Below are positions 23,384 to 35,966 of a stretch of 64,000 bases of DNA, one piece after another; position 1 is the first letter of the stretch; the number at the start of each line of letters is the position of its first letter. Where the stretch lies: the NCBI GenBank assembly GCA_050230475.1, contig JBFLGF010000016.1, positions 1 through 64,000 of the forward strand. Direction: 5' to 3'. This DNA is from Ancylonema sp. Taxonomy: Eukaryota. The notes under the pieces are model-generated. The model was given only the letters and a program-made list of their open reading frames with translations, was not told the DNA's origin and did not search any database. The position numbers and the translations under genes are program-made.

Positions 23384-26300
23384 GTGACAGCAGTCGTAAA
23401 ACAGGAGGAACTGCCTGAGACTGAGTCCTGGTTTCATCTTGGCAAAGGGGACCTCACATCGGATCGCCACTGTGGTCAGACATCCTCTGGGAAGAGACGT
23501 TATGAGGATGAGCATGTGCAGATTGGCTGTGACTGGAGTGAGGCACCATGGGATGCACCATGGGATGTACACCCTGGGAAAATTCCTCACACATCCAATG
23601 CTGAGGATGAGGACACCGATGGCTGGTCTGCCAAGATACGGGAAACCCTGCGGAAAGAAAACCGTCTCCCACCGTGCGACAATCCGCTTGACGTAGATAG
23701 TGGTGCACAGTTCTCGTTTCTTGAATATTTCCGGAGGCATGTATGTCAGGGTCAGATGAACTCTGCTCCCAAATCTGAGATTTTCCATGGTGATCCGGAA
23801 GGAAAGTCAGTGGCGTTGGCAGACACGGAGACGTTGCCAGCTTTGAAGCCGTCACTGGCGTCCCATCTGTCCTCTGTTCAAGGGAATCAAATTGGAGTAT
23901 GTGTCCAGCCAGCTGCTTCACGGTACCTTGCGTTCACCGACCTTCCCAATCCGAGACAATACTTCACCATCGATCCTTACAAGTCCGGACAAGCCTGCCC
24001 TCCAGTTGTGGATCCTCGCCTGTTCCAGAGCAGTAAGATGTTACCTGCCACTTGCTCAACCCCCCACGAAGACGAGGAAAGACGACGTGGTCAGATGCCT
24101 GAGCTGGTTCAAGATGCATATTCCCTGCTTTCGGCGCCGGACCACTCAGTGGTGACGTGTCCGGATTGTCCTCCCTGTCCCTTCGCTCAAAAGTTTGACA
24201 CAGTCCTCAGGTTTCCTTCCGTGGCTTCTATGGGAGAGGTGACCGAGGCATCTAAGGAGGTGTCGGGAGTCAAAGTCGGCACTGGTGAACGTGAAGGACA
24301 TGGTTGGCCAAAGACCTCCTTTCACTGGTCACCCTCCGGATGCTCGCACCGAAAGAGGAGGTTGCACGCGGCACGACTACGAGCGAAGGCGAAGGCGAAG
24401 GCTCATCGAGTGAAGCTGAGGGATGGCGAATTCGATCGGAAGTTAGCGGTGCTGGTGAAAGAGGGAAGCACTGGTGAGTACACCTTCAAGTACAAGGTTC
24501 TGTGGTGGCTTTTGGCCATGACGTGTGATGACTTTCTGTTGGCTTTTGCGGATAAATCAGGATCAACTTTGACTGAGTCGGTTGCAACTATTTACTGAGA
24601 TAATGATTACAGATTCATTTCTTTTTCTACGAGTTTTTCAGCCTTCTGTCAGCCGACTCCATGCCTGATCTGTACCATCGGCCACAGTTTTCGGTCACAG
24701 AGTTCCAACTGTGATGAGCTGAATTTGTATGTGTACACGAAGGTTCCACGTGTATCTTCCCTGTAGCATTTGTGGTGTCGTAAGAGCAAGTCTGCACTTC
24801 AGACAATCTCAAAATAACGACTTTGATCAGTTCGTACACGCGTGATCAACTGAGCTTCATGTTTGGAGCGGCTGTTAACTTGTTTCTTATTCTTAGTTCT
24901 TGGTTCCGACTCTTTTGGTCGTAACCAGCGAGTGTGGTTTTGTAACGGACTGTAATCTTCAGGTTGTTTTGACAGCGCTTTACGGTCAATACCTAAGCGA
25001 AATTGGTGTCTTCGGATACATCGTAAAAAAGTTCACAATGTTCCCATAGCTGAAACCTGTTGCTGTTTTATGGTATGATAGGCCGAGGACCACAAGCTCT
25101 GTGGAGAATCTGGAAGAGAAAGTAGAGGTCAAGACCACAGTGAACAGATACATGTGGAGATTTTGGTGGACCTCCACAAAAACCAACGTGTCTGATTCTC
25201 CTTGCTTTTGTTTATTATTGTTATTTTCCCCGGTTTATTTGCTCAAGGATTTCATGGTTTTGTAGTCATTTCTCAAAGCGCAAGCCCTCCTTGTGCCTCT
25301 ATCTGCAGGTCGATCAAGTATGGAGGCTCCTGGCACCAATCTATTTTCCACCTACAGGTGGCGTGGCAGCCTGGAGGCCGTTGAGGAAGGAAAGGGAGGC
25401 CACAAGGGAGATGAGGGAAGAAGAGTGGAGCCAAGGGTGAAGCTAGAAGAGGTGGGAAATATTTGTTTTTTTTCCGTTTGCACAACCTCATTACTTTTAA
25501 AGAGTCGAAAAGCTGCGATGAGGCGCAGTTTTTGCTCTTCCAAGACTTTGAAAGTTTGTCGTTTGATGTTCATTGGACAATTCTGTTGGATAAATGTCTG
25601 GCAAGATCCCATGCAGGAACAGACCCTTCAGTATTTTGCTTGATGTGAGTCCAAGTCAAACGTAACTTACGAGATGCTGTTGGACCATAAGGCATCGAAG
25701 GTGACAAAGTGAGAGAAGATCCATGGCTTTCAACAGAGGTTGCTTTTTAAAAGCCTTTCCCTCTTCTGTGTTCCCTCTTTCGAGGTGCAGGTGAAGGAGA
25801 AGTTGTTGTTTGACAAGGTACTGACCAAGACAGACACGAGTGGTCTTGGGCGCATCATCTTGCCAAAGGTAAGATGCCATTGGTGGTCCGGAGCTGTTGT
25901 TCCACGTGACTTGATGCCAGTCATGACTACAGCAACCGCGTTTTTCGTTTTTGTTTTTTCTCTTTAATAAAGCATTCTGAATGAATGAGGCTTGCTGTTG
26001 TGGCCTGATATGGAAGGATCCTGACATCTCGTTTCTGCTCCTGCAAGAAAATCTCTGCATTCCGCGTATCTCGTCATTTAAGACTCTTTGACCTAAATTT
26101 TCTCGCAAGCCAAACCGTCCGTCCATCCGATGGGACTTTTGGTTCTCTTTTCCCAACCGCTGTTTTCTAATTCTTCTACCCCTCGTTTCTGATACTCCCC
26201 AGCGCCCAGCAGAGCAATACCTTCCCCATGTGCCGTGCAAGGAAGGGATCGAGTTGGATTTCGAGGACTGCAACAACACTGTGTGGAAGGGAAGGCTGAG

Positions 26301-29208
26301 GTACACAGTCCCAATACTACCTCATGATTTTCTTATTTTTTTCGTCTCGATTTTTATAGAGTTGTCAAATTCTGTCTTTGAATTCGTGAGGGAGCTGCTT
26401 ATATGAAACTCCGACTCGTCAGCTGTCGTGCACCTGCTCCCTAATCTCGCAGCTGCTCTCAGTCTGCAATCCTTTTCCCTTCCATGTTGTCTATATTGCT
26501 TCCCTCCTGCCCCCTCACTCGTCTGCCACGCAGTCCCGCAGTTCGACCTTCGTGAAATTTCAAGCCGAACAATGATCCGCTTCTGACTTCAGACCTCTGC
26601 GTTTCTGCGTTGTTGCAGGTATTGGGTGAACAAGAGCAAGATGTACGTGATTGAAGGAGCGGGTGGCTTCCTGAGGGAGCACAAGCTCCTGCTGGGAGAC
26701 AAAATCCTGCTCTTCTCTTCTGGCCCAGAAAAGAAGCTGGTCAGTCGTCCTAACAAGTCTTCACGCAGACTACGAGGTGCATGAATCGATGTAAACAATC
26801 ATAGGAGGACAATTGTCATGTTTTACAGTTTGTCCACTGCAGCCATGGTTCAACAGGATCAGCAACAGGATCAGCATACATCTGCGTCGGCTAGATGGCA
26901 TACACACCCCCGGCAGAAACTGAAGTATCATCAGGCATCCAGAAACTGAGGTTTATCATCCATCATGACGTCAGAATTCAAACCAGAGAAGTCCAAAACC
27001 CGATCGCCATAGACATGAGTGAACCACAGATCCTCCCCCTCCATTCCTTCTCTTCCCTCCAGGTCATCCGTTACGACCGCGGCCCCTTCCTTCCCCAACC
27101 CCCCTGCAACGTCGCCACCCCACTACCCGCTGCATCCCAACGAGAACCGCCTGCCGCCCAACCCCCAGCCCCCTCCTTCCACCCCCTCCCGTCTCCCCCC
27201 AACCCTCTCTCTGGCCTTTCCTTCTCAGAGACCTTCTACTCGCGTTCAAACCTCGGTCCCACTCCTGTAGCCCCCACAGTCGACAACACCCACCTCCCCA
27301 CCCCCACCCCGACCCCGACCCCCAACCTCCCGCCTCCTCCACCCTTCTCTCACCCCCTCTGCCCTCCCAAGCCCTTCTTCGAGCAAACCCTGAACCCTGC
27401 CGGAGAACTCCAACCCCCAGAGCCACTACTGCCGGAGAACTTACAGCCCCCAGTGCCACTACCCGGGTCGTGTACCCTACCCGGTTCGGGTTCGGGTTCG
27501 AGTTCTGAACGCCACGGTTCCAGTGCCCTCATCAGCCCCTTCTCTGCCTCTTTGGCGCTCCAATTCTCATCCCAAGGGCCGCTTTCTGAGGATAGGGCTG
27601 GCGACAGGGGGAGGCGAAACGTCTCCGAGTCACCAAAGCTGTTTCCGACCGCCACGTCATCCGCGCTGAATAACGGGTTGCCACGTGGCATCCCGCCGGC
27701 GTCGGCCTCCCTCTCCACCGCCACTGCCGCGCAGCTCCAGAAGCTGCCACGTGTGCGCATGAAGTCCGGGCGCCTGCTGCCCCCCCTCGTGGTCGCCGCT
27801 CTGCTGCAGAGCGCGATGCAGCTGCAAAGGAGGAGGGTGCGCGCCATGCCGAGTGTGGAGAGGGAGAGGGAGAAGGAGTCTCCTCCCCTCACGAACGTGA
27901 AGGTGGAGGACGTGAAAACGGAGACACGTGTGGGGGGACGGGGGGAAGCCCTGGCCGGACACGTGGCGCCGCCGTACGGCGGGATGGAGAAGAGCGACAC
28001 CACCATGATTGGAGACTCTTTCCTGAACACGTGTGAAGGGGATGATTTCATGCGGTTGAAGGGGGGGGATGGGGGGGGAGGCAAAGAAGGTGTCCGAACA
28101 TTCCCTCCCGCTCCGTACGCTTATCCCAGTGGGAAGAATTGGTGCGGCCCATCTCAGCCGTTCGTCCCGATGATGGACGAGGCAGCGAACGCGAGCATCC
28201 TGCAGGGGTGGGGAGAGGTGGGAGGAGAGATGGGAGGGGCCCTGTTCTCCAACGGTGATGACGTGGATGATGGCAATGGTGACGTCAAGGGTCATGGTGA
28301 CACGTGTACCATCGGTCGCGCTAGTGGAGGAGGGGCGGAAATGAGTATGGACACCCAGGGGATGGTGGAGTGCGGTGGGTTGGGGTTGGGGAAGGTGGGA
28401 GACGGGGAGGATGACCTCTCTGTGTTTGGAGACTTGGAGGGGTTTGGGGCTTCGCCGTCCCAAATTGGATTGGTCGGTACACCAAATAGAGGTATGGCGC
28501 ACGTGTTGCTCTTCGCTTATTGCTGATTGCTTATTGCTCATTGCTTATTGCTTATTGCTTATTGCTTATTGCTCATTGCTCATTGCTCATTGCTCATTGC
28601 TCATTGCTCATTGCTCATTGCTCATTGCTCATGGCTCATTGCTTATTGCTCATTGCTCATTGCTTATTGCTTAGTGCTCATTGCTTATTGCGTTGTGTGA
28701 TTGGGAACTCAAGTTGACATAGTCTTTGCGTTGAGGTCATTGTGTGTTGAGGTTGGTTGTACGGAGTAAGGTAAGGGTTGTGTGCACGTATAACAACGGG
28801 AGTGAGTGACATTGTACACACTTTTCTGTTCTTCTTCCGTCGTTTGATGTATCTCTTGGTCCGTAGTCGATGAATGGACTACACCTAGAAAGCTAGACAC
28901 AAGTTGATGTCCGAACCGTAATTGTTTGCATTCATGTTTCATGTTTACGTTTCAATGTCGTTGTAATTTTCTCCGTAAGGTGGTTTGAAGTTTCAAATGG
29001 TTAGTTGTTAGGAAGTGGGTCTCATATTGTAAGAAACAAAAATGATGCAGGATCTTTGGATGGTGCCTTTGAAATTCTACCCGTCAACCCATTGAAGGGT
29101 GGCCTTTGCTCTCCCATGGACCCGGTCCGATCTGTCGATTTGGCGACTACCGAATCTTGTCTTGGACTTTTTGACATCGACCTTCCGAGCGTGCCTGGAA
29201 TCTACTAA
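23384..29208 (+). CDS. B3-domain transcription factor, LAV (ABI3/FUS3/LEC2/VAL)-like; 5' exons uncertain
   Basis: B3 exons: 25791-25868 (VKEKLLFDKVLTKTDTSGLGRIILPK), 26203-26300 (RPAEQYLP...WKGRLR), 26619-26739 (YWVNKSKMYVIEG...GDKILLF), 27063-28491 (VIRYDR plus Pro-rich/acidic tail) and an in-phase last exon 29051-29208. All are GT-AG and phase-compatible. The long ORF 23384-24474 is probably an upstream exon. Confidence 0.8.
28512..28692 (+). repeat. Heptamer tandem repeat (TTGCTCA/TTGCTTA)n, intronic
   Basis: About 25 directly visible copies just after the donor at 28492. Confidence 0.95.
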
Positions 29209-31409
29209 GGGATGATGGGACGTGGAAATTTGGTGACGAGAGTTGTAGCGATTTAGTAGTGCTGCATATTTTGGCAAAAAAAACATTAGAAGAAACCGAA
29301 AGGGGTGACAATGAAATTTGCACAAAGTAGAATGTAGTCGACAGTACGCTTCTACATTTTTACATTTTTTGTTTTCTACGTTTTTACAGGCTGGGCATGC
29401 TGCCTTAGTGCCATGGTGCAAACCATGTTTGGCAATCTCCTAGTAGGGTTTACACGAAATCAGCCGTACATAACTTTGTCGGGATTTACATTGAAGTTTG
29501 GCAGTCGTCATCATGATGCCTTGTACAATAGTATTTCGGTTCTCTACTCTCTACTCATAAAAGCGCCGAAAATCAGTCCTTCCGTGTCATTTTGCAATTG
29601 ACTACAGTGTGAGAATAATTTTGTTTTGTGCTTGAGTGTTGCATCCTCATCATCCACAAGTGCGTTGTTTGTATACTACGGGGCGATAAAATCGAATGCA
29701 ATTCATGGTTGACAATAGTCGCCGATTGTGCAAAATGACAACTCGCTAGTTGACAACGTTCTTCATACATAAGTTGGTCCCCATCCATCCCCATCCTCGA
29801 TGCGGATTGGCATCGGATCGGACCTGATCTGAATCGGTGCGGAATAGGATCTCCCAATCAGATCGGGTCCAACGAGAAAATAAAAAAACAAAAACTCGTT
29901 GTCGGGGGTGTTATGCCACACCGGGTGCATTTGGTTTTATTATCCCTCCATCGATTTTAACCAGTTGTTCAACGCCTTTGATCCGGATCAGCACGGAATC
30001 GAGGTTATTTTTCCTGATCGGATCGGGACCAACTATGCCTCATACCGATTGACATGTTAGTCGGGTCGGGATTCGAAAATGCGATATAGTATTCACCGAG
30101 ATTCTTGGAAATTATTTACATCATCTGAACTCGAGTAAGGTTGTATGATACGATAGATGAGTTCAATTGCAAGCCGAGTAGCACTCTACATGAGCAAAAC
30201 TTGTGACTCTCACATATGTACAGTAGTTGACACGTTGCAACAATCACGATTCGAAGGAGAGGATATTTACGCGTTTAAATATTGGATGCCAATTGATTCG
30301 TGATTGTTAAGAAACGATAACACAAATGAAGAAATACACAACCTCGATTCTCACCATGATACGAAAGCGACAATTTCTCACCGATATCTTGTGGTACGGC
30401 TAGAGACTAGAGGATTGCACATCTCAAAGCATGTTGCTCACGGTATGCGATGTTCTGATGTGTACTTGTCGATGCCAAATTGGGACCACCTTAGGAGGTG
30501 GGAAAGATTGAAAGGTGAGAAAATAGTCAGAGTTTTTTTTTTCAGTTTCGCATAAAGACACAATTGGTATAGGCATAAAGTATTAACAAAAATATTGTGA
30601 AAATTGATGTATTTGAAGACGCGGAACAAGACACAATAAGACCATGTGTTGACCAAGCGTGAACCCAACCCTCCTGGGCCAGAAGGGTTGGCCCCACAAG
30701 ATCATGACGAGGCAAGATACCACCTACTAAGTGGAGTACTTAATGCTAGGAAAAGCAGAAAGCTCATACGTGTTCGCATTTTTTTATTGTTTTTTCAAAA
30801 TAATAATTCTTCTATACCTGTCTATGAAACTTACAAAACGTAGTAGAGTCGCTTTATTGATTGACGCTTGTCAATGTCCAACAAGTAATGCGAAACACGT
30901 TGCGGTTAGAGACTCGGAAAAATTGACAAGCGACGGTTGGAATGGTGGCTCAAAGCCTATAATTCCAAATTAATTAGAGTCTCTAATATAATTAGAGACT
31001 CTAAATCATTCCAAAACAATTCTGTCATCACCTATATACAAGTGAGTACGTCAAGAAACCAAAAGCATTCATATGTAATCCCCTCCCAATCGCCTACCAT
31101 TCCGGTATGCTTTTCACTCCGCACACCATACGCACAACGTACGCACAATTTATCGGCCATTAGAGACCTCTAATACACATAGAAAACCAACTTTGTCTGC
31201 CCTAAACCATCTCCAAATATATATCAACGACAACTACAAAGGGTGTACATCTTGATGGGACCCCCCCCACACTTTCAATTTAAGTTCTCATTGTGCCTTT
31301 CGATCGCAAACTTTTTGTCGTAACCCGCCGGGTTTGGTGACTCCCACTCCTTTCGCCCCACCCCCCCTTTTCTCCATCTACCCCCCCACCTCCCCTTTCT
31401 CTTGTTGCC

Positions 31410-33961
31410 CTAATCCATTTTGCTCGCCACTCGCGTTAGCCAGGGGCCGCGTGAGAACGAGCCTGCTCGAGTCAACTCGGTCTCATTACCCTTTGATTTG
31501 CTACTCGACGGCGAGATCCCTTTTCGTATTTTCGCCTTCGCATCCGTCCACGAGGAGAACGAAAACGTTCGATTGTAGGAAATTTTGGACGGAAGGTTTT
31601 GCGATAGGTTGGTGGCAATGTTGGAAGTGATGTCGGAAACTGTGGAGGAGATTTCGGAGACCGCGTCCCCAATGTCTCCCATCACATGCCCTCTCTTTTC
31701 TCGTAACACGCCCCATTCTGCTTTCGCCTTCTCCTCCTCCTCCCTTTTGCTCTTCACCCCCACCCCCATGCGAGAGATGGCTTGGCTCACCATACCGCCG
31801 ACCTGAACGGGGCAACACATGGGGGGGGAGAACAAAAAAACCAGTATCAAGTTTTCGATTCCACCTCACAGGCTCACTCTCGAGGCTCACTTTCCAGCTT
31901 GTGTGTACGATGCATGAGTGTGCACCCCCAACACAATTTTGTGATTTTTGCAATGTTGTGAAAAACCACTTTGGCACGTTCTCATTCCATTTCCGTGATA
32001 ACCATCCCACTTCCACACTAAACGACCACCCAGTTTCTGGAACCTCATTTCATTTACATCACCAATCTTCACTTCCCCCTCCCCCCACCTTGAAATGTTT
32101 CATGTGGTCCAGACGAGTGTGGTCCAAAACTCGCACCCCCTTCTCGTTCACTGCAACCAAAGAAAGAGGAAGGCGAGTAAGCACGAGGAGTGATCCGTTC
32201 AGCACCCTAGGCACCTTTCAAATGATATTAGAAAAAAACTACAGCTGTTATGGTTCCTCCGCCTATTGCTTTGAGATTGAAAACAAAAAAAAACAAAAAC
32301 CCAAAAAAAAAAAAAAAAAAAAAAAAACAGATAATTTTTTTTTCATTCATGATTGCCCTCCTATTTCTTCCCCCCCCCTCCGTCCCGCTTGTGGCCCCCC
32401 CCCACCCATCCCCCCCCCCCCTTCCCACCCCTTCATAAACCCCCTCCCCACCCTACCGTAAACGAAGTCGTGAAAATCCCCGTCCCACACCAGATCCCCG
32501 TCAAACGCAAAGTATTCGTGCATGTGGAAGATGGACTCCATGGAGGTGCGCTCGATACCCACCACAGTCACACTCAAAGACGCGTCCCCTGATTTGAGCG
32601 TCTCCATTGTGTGACCGTATAGGGGACTGCTCTCGTCGATGACGTGGCGGCACATGAGGCCGTAACGGAGGTAGGAGAGCTGGGGGGAAAGGGGGTAAGG
32701 TGGGAAGGGGGAAAGGGGGGGAGGGGGGGAGGGGAGATACATGTGTCACCATTCCGACCCACTCCCTCCTCCCTCCTCTCATACTTTTTTAATCCCAACT
32801 CAAAACCAAGAGAGCGCAAGCATCCATCACCCATTCCATGCCTCATTGCACAAGACGACGTCACAACGAGACCATGATGACGTCACCGTGACGTCATCAT
32901 GCTGACGTCATCCATCGGGTCCCACCGCCCCCCTCCCCCCGCCCCGCCCCCCTCCCATCCCGCACCTCCGATCTCACTAGCGTGAGGTCCCTGGTGGAGC
33001 AGAACATGGCGCCAGACGGCAGTCTCACGAATATCCTGAATGTGAACCCAACCCTCACGTCCAGCAGCTCGCATGGGGAGGGGCCGCTGAGCACCAGGCG
33101 CATGGCAAGGACGCGGTGGCGGGTGGGGGCGCCCTCCCCCAACGAGTTGGGTTGGTGGACTACGTCCTCGCTGCGCAGAATGGCCTTTTTAGAACAGCGC
33201 ACGGCTTGAGAGGGCTGGGACATGCGGGCGAAGACTGGTGGGGGGGGGGGGAGGGATGGGCAACGAACAAACATACAAAAAATCAAAAAATAAACAAACA
33301 AACAAACATATTAGGTGATCCTCCAACTAACCGACAAAGCACCTATCTAATCATCCAATCATCATCCAAACACCCAACCAGCCATTCAGCCGAATAAGCC
33401 AATAATTGTATTCAACCAACCGACCGATCATTCCATCCCCCAAGCAACCCAGCATCCGAGCAGGCATCCAACCAAACCAACCATCCCACCGACCGACTGA
33501 CTCACACATCGAGAATGTAATTCAACGCCGTACTTCACAGCCGAAACATCAAAACAACTCCCATTACATCATTTTTTTTCTCCTTTTTTTTAAAGTGCCT
33601 CAACACGAGGGAACCGTCCTTTTTTTCTCCCCCTCACCCGCCCCGCTGAGCAGCACAAACAGAAACTGCGCACAGAGCACATTCTAGTTCGCCACCATGA
33701 GCGTAAACGGCGAAACCGCGGCCACAGGCGCCCCCCCAAACGTGGTCGAAATGGAGAGTGCGTATAAAAACACGTTCAGCGCCGCGCCGCAGGTGGAGAG
33801 GGCGGCTTCGAGGGCGGACGCGGTTGGGGGGCATTCTGCCACCACCCCCTCCTCGAAATGCATTCCTGCGCTGTCCAGAAGGTAGAGGGGGGTGAAGAGG
33901 AGGCCCAGGAGGACAGGGCTGGAGAAAACGCCCACTAAGAACTGAAGAGGAGGCATCTGTA

Positions 33962-34000
<39 letters not shown>

Positions 34001-35966
34001 TGTGGGCGTAGGTTGGAGGTTTGGGTTCAGGATTTTAGGGTTCAGAATTCAGGGTTCAGGTTCAGGGTTCAGGTTCGGGTTTCAGGGTTCAGGTTCAGGT
34101 TTCAGAGTTCAGGTTCGGGATTCAGGGTTTCAGGGCTCAGCGTTCAGGATCAGGGCTCAGGTTTCAGGTTCGGGGTTCAGGGTTCAGGGACCAAGTTTCA
34201 GGGTTCAGGGTTCGGGGTTCGGGGTTCAGGTTTCAGGTTTCAGGTTTATGGATGCGTGTTGAAAGGACCAAAATCTACTACTTCCGACTTGTCCCCTTTC
34301 TCCTGATACAGTAAAACCTGTCTAAAGAATACTTTTGGGGGAGAAAAAAAACAATTAGACAGTTCATTCATTTGAACAGTATTAAATTCAAACCTGAGCA
34401 ACTGCGGGTATTCTCAACTTGCAATTGCACTACTGAACCTTCTGTCGACCCCTTGTGATCAACACTGTGAATTTATCTGGAAAATTTTGTTGCTAGACCT
34501 TACCTTAAGACATGCCGCATACACGTCCCTAAATCGACAGGTGAGTGATTTATCCTGTCTCACTTGCAAGCTATCCATGCCCTTTCGCCCCCTGGGTTTG
34601 AACTGCACATTCGAGGAAGCGTCCTTGGGGAGACTGTGGGGGTCCGACCCCGCCTCCCTTTCTACCGTCGAAAAACTTTTGCCGACGGATTCAAGAGTCG
34701 CTTCTGCCTTCCGGTCTTTCACGCTAGCTGAGGTCTGGGGGGGCAGAATGGGAAGGCGGAAATGAAGATAAGGCAGAATGGATTGGGGTGTGGCATTAAT
34801 GGCATTAATGGCATTAATGGCATTAATGGCATAAATGGTGGAGTCAATCCTTTTTGCCATGGTTAGATAGGCCTGACTACAGGACCAGATTTAAACGTGA
34901 AGATTGGAATTTAGTTCAACAGGACGTAATCTGTGCTTTGGATAAACTGCATCGGGTTTGTTCTTGTCAGGTTGGTGTCACACGGGGTCATCACGGGCTC
35001 AGGGCTCAAAAAAAGACTCTTTCTAGGAGCGTAAGCATGAGCAGGGTAAGTGCTGATCGCTAACATTTAACCACATATAACCAAATAATTAGATACTTAC
35101 CATAATTAAGTCTCGCAGAACTTCTGTTATAAACAGCTCTTTTTTTCATATACCATAAAGTTGAAACATGGGCACTGAAATTGACAAATTATTCGGAAGA
35201 AGCAATTGACCACAAAGCATTTGAAACGGTTGACTGTTTCACATGGACCATGCCAACTACTCGTCACTATTCATGCAGAAATTGTATGATATGCGACGAA
35301 GACTGAGGCAAACAAGCATATGCATGCATGAATATACATACACCTCCATTATTCTCCTGTACTAGCAGAATATGAGGAACATTGTCACTGAATGTTCCCT
35401 TCCTAAAGATTTGCAGGCAGCTCCCCTGGACCTTCCCTGGTAGCAAGGCGACTTACCATGTTCACGAACTGCAAGCTGTGCTTCACCTTCTTCCAACTCA
35501 CACCAGGAGCGCGAGGTGGGCGCACGAGCATCTCGGGGGGCACCATGCTCTCCATTTCTGCGCGTGAGTTTTCTGCAGCCTCGTCAGGAAGGACCGCGTC
35601 AGTGGCTGGCGGAGCAGCCTTTGCGGAGTTCTCGTTCTCAGATAGGTCGAGTTGTTCGTGCCTGGAAGTGGTGGGGTTCCGCTGAGGGGGTTCCGATACA
35701 GAGGGTTCAGTTACAGCGGGCATGCTTTCTTCGTGAATAGGTGCGGCAGGTGACTGCCCTGCTCCCCGTGATGAATCCAGTTCTACTTCTACTTCACTAT
35801 GTGACGCTCGTGCTCTAGCAGACCTGTGAGCCACATTCAGTGTTTGGCGCCATGGAGAACCGGTCGCTGTTGCCTCAGGTTCAGGAGTTTTGGGGTGGGG
35901 TAGTCTCCAGTGGACTTTGGCTCTACTGCTTTGACTATCCGCCTTTGTAGAAAAGAGACGTTTCAT
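31410..35966 (-). CDS. Inward-rectifier (Kir/IRK-fold) potassium channel-like gene with an in-frame stop, possibly a pseudogene
   Basis: Exons encode RFRDVYAACLK (slide helix), TM1, pore FLYALSISTTFGG, TM2 then VFARMSQPSQAVRCSKKAIL, and RHVIDESSPLYG...VTVVGIERTS...LVWDGDF (Kir cytoplasmic domain). A TAG at 33686-33684 lies within TM2. Confidence 0.82.
33962..34245 (+). repeat. Poly-G tract plus degenerate (GGGTTCA/GGTTCA/GGTTTCA)n array in a Kir intron
   Basis: Directly visible. Confidence 0.9.
34309..34393. mobile_element. Solo end of the pogo-type MITE family seen at 10897-12029
   Basis: TA|CAGTAAAACCTGTCTAAAGAATACTTTTGGGGGAG... matches the reverse complement of ~11940-12029. Confidence 0.7.

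Noticed and set aside
27350..28541. Long antisense ORFs over the B3 gene (similar cases over the MFS and kinase genes)
   Set aside because: These are shadow ORFs of GC-rich coding sequence with no independent motifs.
28375..28717. LLIAHCS-repeat ORFs
   Set aside because: These are translations of an intronic heptamer repeat.
29780..30090. GATCGG/GGATC-rich stretch resembling transposon subterminal repeats
   Set aside because: No termini or TSD could be defined.
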